From the sequence record MN871451.1: a stretch of 64,000 nucleotides of DNA. The stretch is one strand, 5' to 3'. Numbering within the stretch: the stretch's first letter is position 1; every line of letters begins with the position of its first letter. Made by a program: the position numbers and the translations under genes. The notes below the pieces were generated by a model that did not search any database, had not been told where the DNA came from, and saw only the letters and a program-made list of their open reading frames with translations. Shown piece after piece: positions 28,913 through 38,506 of this stretch.

Positions 28913-31900
28913 ATGAGTAATATTCAATACCAGCAATTTTACATGTCCTACGGGACACGTAATAAAACGCGACTGGCTAACCCAAGAGCGTTCAATGTCG
29001 AGAACTTTATTCTCCCTAAGAATAGCATCGTCCATTATCTTCCCAGTAATGCCACTGACTTAGGTCCTGACGAGACGTTCTTCGCAATCCAAAAAGAAAG
29101 ACTACGTCCCTACGCCGATAACATTACGGAAATGACACTCTTTAACGGCAGTCCTCGTCGGAAAGGAGCGTTCAATGTTGCTAACCTAAAACGGACGTGG
29201 TTGCAAAAGCGCCGTGGTTTCCGTCGGGTTACCGATATCGCCAGAGCATTAGACGACCGTAACGCTGCGATTGTCGCCAACTACTCGCTCATCCCCATGC
29301 AGTGGCGTTACCTGCCGTTACCGATGGCCCGATTCTGGCGTTTCCAAAACCTGCTCGCTACGTTATACGGACAGGCTAAGTTCTACGCTGAACATTCTGA
29401 CCGCCATCAGTTTATTCTGGTCAATGTCCCGGATGAACTCCCAACGAAGATGCAGTTAAACATTTCAGTTGAGGATGCGGGTATCCCTATCCTCAATGCG
29501 TATCAGAATCAGCTCCGAGCACGTCCCGTTGCCCTCTCGTACGCAGATGTCTTCGATCTCCATATGCCAGGGTTATCGAGTGAGTTACCGGCTGACGTGG
29601 CGCGAGAGGCATTTGATGAGTCAGCGCTGGGCTTTGAAAGCGACGACAGTTTCATTGCGGCGTCCGGTGTTTCACTGGAAGAGATGAATCGTATTCGTCT
29701 CGGGTATTTCCAGAATGACGATGCGCTCTTTATTCAAGACCTCTGGCAGTGGCTTGCTGAGAAACGGGAAAACTCGCTGTTGAACATGATCCCGGTCGAA
29801 CATTACAGCAAGATTAATTTCGTCTTTATGCGAATGGGGAAATTCACGGTTCTGAATCTGGGCCTGCTTCACCAATGGACCAAATCAGAAACTAACCCGA
29901 AAGGCGATGCTTACGCACAGATCTCCCGATTGATGCTACAACACATCACTGCGCTGAAATTGCTGACCGGTGTGCAGGAACAGGTCACCATCGAAGAAAC
30001 TATCCCGGATGAGAATACCGGGGAAAGTGAAATCCTCGAGATCACCGGTGACGCGGAAGAAACGGTTGTGGTGGAAACAACGGAAACAGAAACCCAAGAA
30101 AACAACCCAGAAGAACCTGTCGTTAAAACCACCACAGTCAAAGCGCTCAGGGAAAAGATTAACCAAGGGAAACCCGGTCTTCGTACGCAGTTAGTTGATG
30201 CCTTTAAGAGCGTCACTGAGGAGATTGAGACCACTGAACCGCCTCGCGCTGTTCGTCTGGTTGCTGCCCCTGACATTGACGCAGAGGTCATTATCGACCC
30301 ACCGCAAGAAGCGGTTCAGGAATCGCCTTTGGTTTCAGGGATTCGAACCCAAGCAGAATCGCTCCTGAGTAAAGGGCTGATTAGCAATGCCGAGTACAAG
30401 CGTCATCTTCGTTTGGCCGAAAGTTACAAGGTTATTCCTTCCCCGTTCAACGAAAGCGTTTCGCTGGAAGACTACCGACAGATCCCGAAAGAAGTCGTCT
30501 GGAATTTTGAACCGAAGGTCATCGAGGATATTACCCACGTCAAAGATAAAAGCATGTTAAAAAGTACCTTGATCGACTTCGATCAAAAGTACGTTAAAGA
30601 AGTCATGCAAAAGGACGTGATCAATTTAATCCTTAATTTCCAGAAAGCCGGGTTTGCCATTACCGACTTTAAAGTGGAACGCCAAGTCGATGCGTTAAAT
30701 GACCTTTACGATTACACGGTGAAAATCTCGCCGGTTAAAGGCGCGCCTTCTACGGTTCGTTTCCAGTTACCGGTCATCGATAAAAATGGGAAATATAAAA
30801 TCGGTGGGATTAAATACTTCATGCGCAAATTGCGTTTTGATAAACCCATCCGTAAGATCTCTCCATCGACCGTAGCGCTGTCCACGTATTACGGCAAGCT
30901 GTTTGTCGACCGCAGCGATAAACGTCGTTACGATTACGGAGAGTGGCTTAAAGATGCCATGAACCGCGCGGCGTTAACTAACCCGCCGATCATGACGGAA
31001 ATTGTTTACGGTAACTCGTTCAAAGATTCCCAACCGGTGCCCAGAACCTATTCGGCTATCGCCAAAGAGGTCATCTCGTTTGAGGCAGTGGGCATACAGT
31101 TTATTTTCGACTACGAGAACATCAAGAAAAATTTCCCGGATTGGAATGGAACAACGGATATCCCAGTAGGAAAACGCGGGAAAACTACGGTCACGATGGA
31201 TAAAGAGGGTTACCTGCGCGCCGGTGCTGACAACCTCGGGCATATCGCAAAACTCCTTGGAGCTAACCCAGATGACCGTCCGAATGAATTGGTGACAATC
31301 TCTATCTTAGGACAAGAGTTCCCGTTAGCCATTGTATTGGCTTATCTGGAAGGATTCAGTCAGATGGTAGAAGGGTTAGAGATTCAGCCGGAACGGAGAA
31401 CGAAAGGGGCGCGTGTACAACCCGACCCGAATACCTTCGAGATCGTCTTTGCCGATGAGATCTGGCGTATCCCAAGAAAGACACACCCTGATGTCTTGAT
31501 CTACGCTTCGTTGCTTCTGTGGAAGGCTGCCCTGAAAAACTATTCTGTTGCAGAACTGGACAATCGGGACAACTACAACGCACTGCTTTCTGACATGCAG
31601 TTATCAGGACGCTATCTCTACGAGTTCACTAACCTTAATGCAATCTTTATCGACCCGATCGCAGAAGAGAACCTGGAGATGATGAACGAACCCACCACGT
31701 TCATCCCGCTGTTGAAGAAAGCCGCCTTTTACTTGGCGACCGATGAATACCCGAGTGACCTGAGTTCAGAGGGCTCGTTATTCAAAGGTTACGAGCGTAT
31801 GGCAGGAGCGGTCTACCGTACCTTCTCAGAAGCCGTCCGGAGACAATCTTCCAGTAACCTCAGTTCAAGGGCGTCTTTGGATTTCCCACCGTTCGAGGTA

Positions 31901-33400
31901 TTGTCCGCGATACAGAAAGATCCCTCTGTTTCTCTGGTAGAAGATTCTAACCCTATCCAAAACCTGAAAGAGAAAGAGAACCTGACTTATTCCGGTACTG
32001 GCGGCCGCGGTAAGCGTTCCATGACGAGACGTACCCGTGCGTTCCATCCGAGTGATATTGGTATTCGTTCTGAATCCTCGGTGGATAACGGCGACGTTGG
32101 GATTAACTGCTTCCTGTCAGCGAACCCTAACCTCACCAGTTTACGTGGTACAGCACGGACTGAGAAAGACCTGAGTAAAGAGAAAGGGTTTAGTAATATC
32201 CTTTCTACTAGCGCATTGGTATCACCCTTTGCGACTTATGACGACCCGAAGCGCGTTAACTTTATCGGTATTCAGAGTAGCCACAAAATAAGCAGTGTAG
32301 GAGATGACCTCGGTTATATCCGCACGGGTTACGAGTTAATGATGGCCCACCGTAATGATGATCTTTTCGCTGCCAGCGCAAAAGGTCAGGGCGTGGTAAC
32401 AGAGAAAGGAAAGAATTACGTTGTCGTGAAATACGATGATCCCGCGCTCGGTGAAGACCGTATCGAGATTGGACGTAAGTTCGGTATCGTGACAGGTCAT
32501 ACCGTCCCGCATGAGATGCGTTGTGATCTGGAAGTCGGTGCGAGCGTGAAGAAGGATACCATTATCGCTTACCATCCGGGGTTCTTTGCGAAAGACTGGC
32601 GTGAGCCAGGTCAGGTCGCGTTCAAGAACGGGATCACCACAAACATCGCGTTGATGGAAAACAACAACACCTTCGAAGACGCCAGTCTGATTTCAGAACG
32701 GCTCTCTAAGAAGATGGCGACGTTGGTGACGCATACCCGTGTCCTGATGGTGAACTTTAATCAGGCAATCCGTAATTTGGTGAGCGAAGGACAACACGTT
32801 GACATCGACGACACCCTCGCGTTTATCGAAGACGAAATCTCAGCGAACTTTGATTACTTTGATGCCAGTTCTATGGAAACCTTAGCGCGACTCGGTAACC
32901 CAGCCCCTCGTGCAAAACACGTAGGAACGGTTGAGAAGATTGAGGTGTTCTATTTCGGTGAGAAAGAGGACATGTCGGATTCGGTTCGTAAGGTGGCGGA
33001 TAAATACGACGCGATTCGTGCGAAAAACGTCAAGGTACTCAAGCAAGAAACGAGTCCGACCGGACAGGTCTTCACGCCGAGCCGGATCGACGGTTTGCCG
33101 TTAGAGATTGATATGATGGCGATTCGTATTTATATCACGCATCAGCGTGGTATGGGGGACGGCGATAAACTGGTGGTGGGTAACCAGAAGAAGTCGGTGG
33201 TAAGTGGTGTGTATAACGGTATTTGCCGTACACGTAACCCTGTACTGCCTGGCGGAGAACCGTGGGACATCGACCTTCAGTTCTCGTATCGCGCGATCAA
33301 CGCACGTATCGTAAACTCCGCATTACTCCTTGGGATGGGTAACGTTCTTATTGAAAACATTCAGCAGGAGATGCTGAAAGCCTACGATAATGAACAGTAA
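28913..33400 (+). CDS. rpoB: Virion RNA polymerase beta subunit, large piece (phiKZ gp178-like)
   Basis: 1495 aa. RpoB motifs KRVNFIGIQSSH, NNNTFEDASLIS, GDGDKLVVGNQKKSV, R-INARI; long N-terminal extension with an acidic linker. Confidence 0.92.
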   Translation: MSNIQYQQFYMSYGTRNKTRLANPRAFNVENFILPKNSIVHYLPSNATDLGPDETFFAIQKERLRPYADNITEMTLFNGSPRRKGAFNVANLKRTWLQKRRGFRRVTDIARALDDRNAAIVANYSLIPMQWRYLPLPMARFWRFQNLLATLYGQAKFYAEHSDRHQFILVNVPDELPTKMQLNISVEDAGIPILNAYQNQLRARPVALSYADVFDLHMPGLSSELPADVAREAFDESALGFESDDSFIAASGVSLEEMNRIRLGYFQNDDALFIQDLWQWLAEKRENSLLNMIPVEHYSKINFVFMRMGKFTVLNLGLLHQWTKSETNPKGDAYAQISRLMLQHITALKLLTGVQEQVTIEETIPDENTGESEILEITGDAEETVVVETTETETQENNPEEPVVKTTTVKALREKINQGKPGLRTQLVDAFKSVTEEIETTEPPRAVRLVAAPDIDAEVIIDPPQEAVQESPLVSGIRTQAESLLSKGLISNAEYKRHLRLAESYKVIPSPFNESVSLEDYRQIPKEVVWNFEPKVIEDITHVKDKSMLKSTLIDFDQKYVKEVMQKDVINLILNFQKAGFAITDFKVERQVDALNDLYDYTVKISPVKGAPSTVRFQLPVIDKNGKYKIGGIKYFMRKLRFDKPIRKISPSTVALSTYYGKLFVDRSDKRRYDYGEWLKDAMNRAALTNPPIMTEIVYGNSFKDSQPVPRTYSAIAKEVISFEAVGIQFIFDYENIKKNFPDWNGTTDIPVGKRGKTTVTMDKEGYLRAGADNLGHIAKLLGANPDDRPNELVTISILGQEFPLAIVLAYLEGFSQMVEGLEIQPERRTKGARVQPDPNTFEIVFADEIWRIPRKTHPDVLIYASLLLWKAALKNYSVAELDNRDNYNALLSDMQLSGRYLYEFTNLNAIFIDPIAEENLEMMNEPTTFIPLLKKAAFYLATDEYPSDLSSEGSLFKGYERMAGAVYRTFSEAVRRQSSSNLSSRASLDFPPFEVLSAIQKDPSVSLVEDSNPIQNLKEKENLTYSGTGGRGKRSMTRRTRAFHPSDIGIRSESSVDNGDVGINCFLSANPNLTSLRGTARTEKDLSKEKGFSNILSTSALVSPFATYDDPKRVNFIGIQSSHKISSVGDDLGYIRTGYELMMAHRNDDLFAASAKGQGVVTEKGKNYVVVKYDDPALGEDRIEIGRKFGIVTGHTVPHEMRCDLEVGASVKKDTIIAYHPGFFAKDWREPGQVAFKNGITTNIALMENNNTFEDASLISERLSKKMATLVTHTRVLMVNFNQAIRNLVSEGQHVDIDDTLAFIEDEISANFDYFDASSMETLARLGNPAPRAKHVGTVEKIEVFYFGEKEDMSDSVRKVADKYDAIRAKNVKVLKQETSPTGQVFTPSRIDGLPLEIDMMAIRIYITHQRGMGDGDKLVVGNQKKSVVSGVYNGICRTRNPVLPGGEPWDIDLQFSYRAINARIVNSALLLGMGNVLIENIQQEMLKAYDNEQ

Positions 33401-33407
33401 CTGACCA

Positions 33408-33432
33408 CAGGGCGAGAAACGTACTCGCCCTG
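33408..33432 (+). terminator. Terminator hairpin after vRNAP beta
   Basis: CAGGGCGAG-aaacgta-CTCGCCCTG. Confidence 0.6.
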
Positions 33433-33475
33433 ATTCCCTACTTTTCAAAGCGCTTTGTAAAATAAGGTTAAGAAG

Positions 33476-33667
33476 ATGAATAACGAAGGTTTACAGGAAA
33501 TTGCGCAGACTAGCGTCGCCAATATTCTCGAAGTAGGGCGTCGCATTATGCTTGATGCCCGTAGCGAAGACCTCAGAATCCCCGATGGCGCTAACATCGA
33601 AGAAGACCTGGCCGCCGCCATTGGTGCTGCCATCGCCGCGCGTCGTGTTCAAGAGGGGATCGTGTAA
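33476..33667 (+). CDS. Small hypothetical (probable virion) protein
   Basis: 63 aa, TAATG coupling to the next gene. Confidence 0.6.
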   Translation: MNNEGLQEIAQTSVANILEVGRRIMLDARSEDLRIPDGANIEEDLAAAIGAAIAARRVQEGIV

Positions 33668-35199
33668 TGTTAAATAAAAAATCTATCGCCTTGGCGAAAA
33701 CGGTCGTCAGTAATGAAGGACTGTTTCTTTTCCCGCGCACCGGTAGCGTGATGTTTAGTCCGGTGGCCGAATCTTTACCGCTCTTCCAGAGCCATAAACC
33801 GTCCATGGAGAACTACGACGCGGTGTTGTTCAACAACGCCCAGCGTACCATTGGGATGGCGGAACCGCACGAAGGAGCGGTGGCCGGTGCAGCAGAGGTA
33901 GTCGGCGGAGCGTTACTGCGTCAGATCGGGTATGTCCGTAACACCGTTGTTCCGTTGATCAGCGACGTTACCGGGAAGATCCTCGATCGCATGAAGGGTG
34001 TGGAACCGAAAGAGTTCACCATCACTCAATACGACCCGTCGCCGATCATCTACAACCCGTACGTCATCGATACGTTCGGTCAGTACAAACCGAATGCGCC
34101 GCTGTTTACCCGAATCAAAAATGCCCCGGAAAAAACTGACGTCGATCTGATTGACGGAATGAAGACCGGTGTGAGCGAACTGGACGACGGGTTAGCGGAT
34201 GCTATTGCGAAATACGGCGCCGATACCGTTGTTGCAATCTACAACGTCCTCTTCCGTAACGAGACGGTTGTACCGGTTTGTCCGGTGACCCGGTTCATTG
34301 CTGGTTTAGTGCAGCAGAAAGAAGGCCAGCGTTGTGTTGGTACCTTTACCGATGCGTCAATGACTGATCTGGGTATTATTACCTATTTCCTGATTGACAG
34401 CTTTAGTCAAGACCCGCTGCCGGGTACCGGGTTAACCTTACCGGAATTCAACGCGACGATCAACGCGATGAAACTCCAGTACGGCTACCTGATTCAGAAC
34501 GGCCTGGGTTGGCTCAGCGGTTGCAGTCGTCGTGGACAGCTGGTGATTCGCTTCACCGGTAAAAGTCAGATTGCAACGACCTCAGAAGACGCAGAGATCG
34601 TTGTATTCGGCCCGGTCTACCGTCAGGGGCTCAGCCAGGGTTTAACCCCGGAGAGCGTGATTGGCGGCGTTCTAGACCCGAAAGGCGGTCAGCGTTTACT
34701 GACCCAGTTCCTGTCCAATAATGAACTGAACCTTAAACGCTGGCAGGCACTCGAAGTGCAACGTCAACGTTATTCGCGCGACACGTTCCTTAAACGCCTA
34801 TCTAACTGTTTCGTACCGGAACTTTCAGCAGCGCTGGGTGAACTGAACGATGACCAACTCCCGGGTGGCTTCAGTAAAGAAGAAGCGATGGCACGGGTGA
34901 TTGAAGATCTCAAGTCCGGTAAGTTTTACGTTAACTGGAACATTGACAACGACCCGAACCTGTTCGAGTTAGTCAAACAGAAAGTCTGCCAGCACATCTT
35001 CACCTTTATCGATGCCGAGGACATTATCGACATCGTGGAAACGGAGATGCAAGAGAATCAGGAAGACGGGACTACCGCAGCCTATACCGCCGCGGTACGT
35101 TACCTGGCGAAATGGTTAGTGGCCAACTTTGACGTCCTGAGTTTCAGTGCAGCGGAAAAGATCGGTATCATCGAAGCGGATGATGTTACGGTAGCTTAA
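33667..35199 (+). CDS. Putative head protein (phiKZ gp177 / SPN3US gp243-like position)
   Basis: 510 aa; PSMEN protease-type motif near the N-terminus; synteny between vRNAP beta and the protease. Confidence 0.65.
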   Translation: MLNKKSIALAKTVVSNEGLFLFPRTGSVMFSPVAESLPLFQSHKPSMENYDAVLFNNAQRTIGMAEPHEGAVAGAAEVVGGALLRQIGYVRNTVVPLISDVTGKILDRMKGVEPKEFTITQYDPSPIIYNPYVIDTFGQYKPNAPLFTRIKNAPEKTDVDLIDGMKTGVSELDDGLADAIAKYGADTVVAIYNVLFRNETVVPVCPVTRFIAGLVQQKEGQRCVGTFTDASMTDLGIITYFLIDSFSQDPLPGTGLTLPEFNATINAMKLQYGYLIQNGLGWLSGCSRRGQLVIRFTGKSQIATTSEDAEIVVFGPVYRQGLSQGLTPESVIGGVLDPKGGQRLLTQFLSNNELNLKRWQALEVQRQRYSRDTFLKRLSNCFVPELSAALGELNDDQLPGGFSKEEAMARVIEDLKSGKFYVNWNIDNDPNLFELVKQKVCQHIFTFIDAEDIIDIVETEMQENQEDGTTAAYTAAVRYLAKWLVANFDVLSFSAAEKIGIIEADDVTVA

Positions 35200-35210
35200 A
35201 GGAGTCGAGT

Positions 35211-35936
35211 GTGGATATCGCTCAGTGGAAACATAAACCTGATGCGATGAAAGCGACGTTACGTGAACTCCCAAACGGCAGTCTGGTCACTACGACCGGC
35301 TGCCGGATTGTGATCCAAGAGTCCTTTCGCGCAAAACAATTGATCAGTATGGGTAAGCGTATTATGATCATCGGCTTCTTTGCGATCTGTAACGAAGCGG
35401 GTGAATACGCAGTTTCAACCACACCCAGTATGATGGAAATCGCCCCGGCTGAAATTCGTCAGTTAGAGTACCAAGGTCGGAGCTATTACGACTTCCATTT
35501 TACTCCCGGTAGTACCGTGATCAAAAACTTGAACCTGGTCAAAGACAACACCCTTCTTTATTACCTGTTTGAAGAGATTCTGGCCCGAGGAAGAATCCCA
35601 TTCTTCTACAACTATATCTCGCTCAGCGGGTTCTTTGAAGAAACGAAAAAATACACCGGTACGCAATTGGTGGCGACCCCGACCATCGGCGAGATGATTA
35701 TCGCACAGATTGCGCGTTTATCGCATGACCGTAAAGTCCCACTTCGTGAGAAACTCTTCAGCTACAACGAACTCAAAACAACGCCGTTCACGTGGATTCC
35801 GTTACGTAACGTAATTGATGGTTCGTCTGATACCACAGCGAAGATCTCAGGGAGCTACACTGGCGATGGCTTGGATTCGGCGATTGTGAACCCTAACGAA
35901 GTCACGCAGCCGATTGAACGACTCTTGAGGGCGTAA
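35211..35936 (+). CDS. Probable virion RNA polymerase beta' C-terminal subunit (phiKZ gp176 / SPN3US gp244-like)
   Basis: AAGGAG RBS, GTG start. TIGEMIIAQIAR resembles beta' HIEVIVRQMLR; IPLRNVIDGSSDTTAKISGSY--DGLDSAIV resembles GITKASL-TESFISAASFQET--VLTEAAV. Confidence 0.65.
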   Translation: MDIAQWKHKPDAMKATLRELPNGSLVTTTGCRIVIQESFRAKQLISMGKRIMIIGFFAICNEAGEYAVSTTPSMMEIAPAEIRQLEYQGRSYYDFHFTPGSTVIKNLNLVKDNTLLYYLFEEILARGRIPFFYNYISLSGFFEETKKYTGTQLVATPTIGEMIIAQIARLSHDRKVPLREKLFSYNELKTTPFTWIPLRNVIDGSSDTTAKISGSYTGDGLDSAIVNPNEVTQPIERLLRA

Positions 35937-35938
35937 GT

Positions 35939-36664
35939 ATGTCACCATTTGAACGGTTAACTGCTTTCGTCCGTAAACAGCAAGAGCACGCCATCAACGC
36001 CTTACAGGTCGATACGCACCACCGCGTCCTTTATCATATCTCGCCTAATCCAAAGATCGACGTTTTCGTTCCGCGTGAAATTCAACGGACGATGGCGGGA
36101 GAAGATGAAAGTGTGAAACGGGTTTGTACCGGAATCACTGTGGTGGATTGTCTGCGAGGATACGGTGTCGCGTTACGGGACTTTCTCGACAGTAAAGCCC
36201 ACTGCGCGGGTGATGACACATGGCTCGGTGGCTATACGATCTACGCCATTGATGTAGAGGGTTCTTTGCGACCAGGGAAATCTATCTGCCCGATGGCAGA
36301 GTGGTCAGAAGAACGTTGGTTAGTGAATGTCGATCAGGAAGACCAACCCTACCCAGCGCGGGTCGTCGGGAAGTGTTTTATCGACGAACTTCGTTTGATC
36401 AAAGATGACTACCAGAAAAGTATTGAAACCCGAATCCTCATTGAGGTGACGGGTCCGTCCTTAAAGTTCTCGCCGTTCTTTTCGTTGAAACGCGGGTATT
36501 ATCAGATGGTGCTCCCTGCGCTAGAACGGTACAAAGAAGAGCCGTTCGACCAAAGCCAAGTTGAGATGTTCCCGTTATCGAAGACAGAATTCAACGCTGC
36601 CAAGGAACGCAAGGCGGGACTGCTTTCGTATGAGTCGAGTTTCTCTAATATTGTACGATGGTGA
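35939..36664 (+). CDS. Hypothetical protein, possible ADP-ribosyltransferase-like fold
   Basis: 241 aa; LYHIS...F-PR...ED--VKRVC...GYTIY...E-W pattern; C-terminal LSYES. Confidence 0.5.
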   Translation: MSPFERLTAFVRKQQEHAINALQVDTHHRVLYHISPNPKIDVFVPREIQRTMAGEDESVKRVCTGITVVDCLRGYGVALRDFLDSKAHCAGDDTWLGGYTIYAIDVEGSLRPGKSICPMAEWSEERWLVNVDQEDQPYPARVVGKCFIDELRLIKDDYQKSIETRILIEVTGPSLKFSPFFSLKRGYYQMVLPALERYKEEPFDQSQVEMFPLSKTEFNAAKERKAGLLSYESSFSNIVRW

Positions 36665-36668
36665 AATC

Positions 36669-37415
36669 ATGGGAATGTCATTTGAAGTAACGGCGCTGAA
36701 AGGAGTGAACCGGGTCGGTAACATTAAACGCCTCGATAATAACTACCTGGAAGTTATCCTGGGTGCGTTAGAGTTTGATAACAGCATCGGGGCAGTTTAT
36801 GACCAGCAGCGTGTAGAACGTATCCTCGCTGCAAACGGCTTGTTCCAGAAGCGGATTAACGAAGGGTATTTGCGTGGTGAGTGGGGTCATCCAAAAGAGT
36901 ATGACTACCCTGACTACCGTAAGTTCATTCAGCGCATCCACACGATTGATGAGCGGAACTGGGCGATCCATATCCGTAAAGTTTGGGTAGTACCGAACTT
37001 CGTGTTACCGAATGGTCAGCGCATTTGCGCGATCATGGGCGAAGTCTGTTCTACTGGTGCACGTCGTGATGACTTTGATAAAATCATGGCTAACCCGGAC
37101 GAGAATCTGGCCTTCAGTATTCGCAGCATGGCGACCGACAGAGTCGTGGGCGGGAAGGTACGTAAGTACGTTGATAACATCATCACCTGGGATCTCGTTA
37201 ACGAACCGGGTCTTTCTGTTGCGAACAAATACATGTCGCCGTCTTGCGAATCGGCGTTGGTGGTTCCGGTTCAACCGGCAATCATTCGTAGTATGGCGGA
37301 AGATAAAAGTCTGGTTTCGGTAGAGTCCAGTTTTAAAGGGACGATTGATGCGATTCGTAACTTAGATCGCGCTACCTTACTTTCCGGGAAAAGTGGTCTG
37401 GTTGCACGTTGGTAA
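36669..37415 (+). CDS. Prohead (head maturation) serine protease (phiKZ gp175 / SPN3US gp245-like)
   Basis: LRGEWGHP (cf. T4 gp21 ALGELNHP), AFSIRS (cf. GVSSRG), ITWDLVNEPG. Start is ATG 36669 or 36675. Confidence 0.85.
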   Translation: MGMSFEVTALKGVNRVGNIKRLDNNYLEVILGALEFDNSIGAVYDQQRVERILAANGLFQKRINEGYLRGEWGHPKEYDYPDYRKFIQRIHTIDERNWAIHIRKVWVVPNFVLPNGQRICAIMGEVCSTGARRDDFDKIMANPDENLAFSIRSMATDRVVGGKVRKYVDNIITWDLVNEPGLSVANKYMSPSCESALVVPVQPAIIRSMAEDKSLVSVESSFKGTIDAIRNLDRATLLSGKSGLVARW

Positions 37416-37420
37416 ATAGA

Positions 37421-37444
37421 AAAGAGAGGCGTTGGCCTCTCTTT
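37421..37444 (+). terminator. Intrinsic terminator
   Basis: AAAGAGAGGC-gttg-GCCTCTCTTT plus a T-rich tail. Confidence 0.8.
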
Positions 37445-37524
37445 CTTTTATTTTCTTAGTTTTATGATAATACTTAAAATCTGATTTAATTTAAGAGACA
37501 CTTATTACGAAGAGAGGATTTATC

Positions 37525-38202
37525 ATGCCCACTTCAGTTGGAATTTACGACGACAGTACGCTCCCTGCTATTATCCAGTCGATTGAGTTATTAACTCCTT
37601 GGACAAGAACGCCGAGTGCTTCGGATTTTGCAGGCGAGAATAAACCGTTTAAGCAAGTTCCTATTTTATCTTGGCCAATCAATATGCGAGAAACGGAAGT
37701 ACGCTCCCGTCTTATCAGTCACCTGGGAACTAAATTTCCAGGAATTGACGCCAAGATCAACGCCCTCCCGGATGGATTTGTTCTTAACACGTTGGCAAAT
37801 CTGGGTTACGGCGTGACGACTTTGTACCACTATAGTCTCCTTCCCCGACTCGACAACGTTTTTAACCCGAGTATCTACGCGGTGGCATCGCTGTGGGTAG
37901 GATACTATTTATTCGAATCCTTACGTACTGACTACGAAGAGGACACAACCAACGATGGACAATACCGCTATAAGCAGTTGTCTGATCTTATTGATATCGT
38001 GGGTTACACGCTTCGTACTATCATAAGCGAAAATGCACTTGTGAAAGGAAACCATGTCATTGTCTCCGCTACCGTCAATAGCGAAGACCGCAATGTAGTC
38101 TACACTGACAACAGTAATTTGAGTGCTTTCGTCGATAGCGGCGGATCACTCAAAACACTTGCGAGTCAGTGGATAACGAGCAAGAGTAACCCGACTGTCT
38201 AA
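37525..38202 (+). CDS. Hypothetical (probable late/virion) protein
   Basis: 225 aa, GAGG RBS, TATG at 37463-37466 upstream. Confidence 0.7.
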   Translation: MPTSVGIYDDSTLPAIIQSIELLTPWTRTPSASDFAGENKPFKQVPILSWPINMRETEVRSRLISHLGTKFPGIDAKINALPDGFVLNTLANLGYGVTTLYHYSLLPRLDNVFNPSIYAVASLWVGYYLFESLRTDYEEDTTNDGQYRYKQLSDLIDIVGYTLRTIISENALVKGNHVIVSATVNSEDRNVVYTDNSNLSAFVDSGGSLKTLASQWITSKSNPTV

Positions 38203-38240
38203 CGGGCCGGTAAAGCCCACAAGAACAAAAGGTGAACGCT

Positions 38241-38402
38241 ATGGTGAAACGCCCCTGCTATATCGCCAGATTCCCTGGTGACGAACGAATCGAGAAACAA
38301 CGTGAAGAAGACCGCCAACGCTTTTTACGCAATGTTTACAAAGAATGTCGGTTTAAAGGAGTAACACTCCCTACGCCGACAAATAAACCGCAGAGACATT
38401 AA
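38241..38402 (+). CDS. Small basic hypothetical protein (53 aa; below the track cutoff)
   Basis: AAGGTG RBS; MVKRPCYIARFPGDERIEKQREEDRQRFLRNVYKECRFKGVTLPTPTNKPQRH; fills the gap up to a terminator. Confidence 0.5.
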   Translation: MVKRPCYIARFPGDERIEKQREEDRQRFLRNVYKECRFKGVTLPTPTNKPQRH

Positions 38403-38408
38403 CCAAAT

Positions 38409-38434
38409 GAGAGGAGGGCGTCTGCCCTCCTCTC
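38409..38434 (+). terminator. Terminator hairpin immediately followed by TATG
   Basis: GAGAGGAGGGC-gtct-GCCCTCCTCTC then TATG at 38435-38438. Confidence 0.7.
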
Positions 38435-38506
38435 TATGCTGTAACATTTCAAACCTTACAGTTACCGTTCCTACTATGTAAACGTAAAACTTATTGAGGT
38501 GTAGCC

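Noticed and set aside
27266-33400. Intein or group I intron in the RNAP subunits
   Set aside because: The ORFs are uninterrupted, with no splicing or LAGLIDADG motifs seen and no endonuclease gene between the subunits.
38259-38266. TATATCGC as a fourth early promoter
   Set aside because: One mismatch, lacks the downstream YYTADTG, and lies inside the 53-aa ORF.
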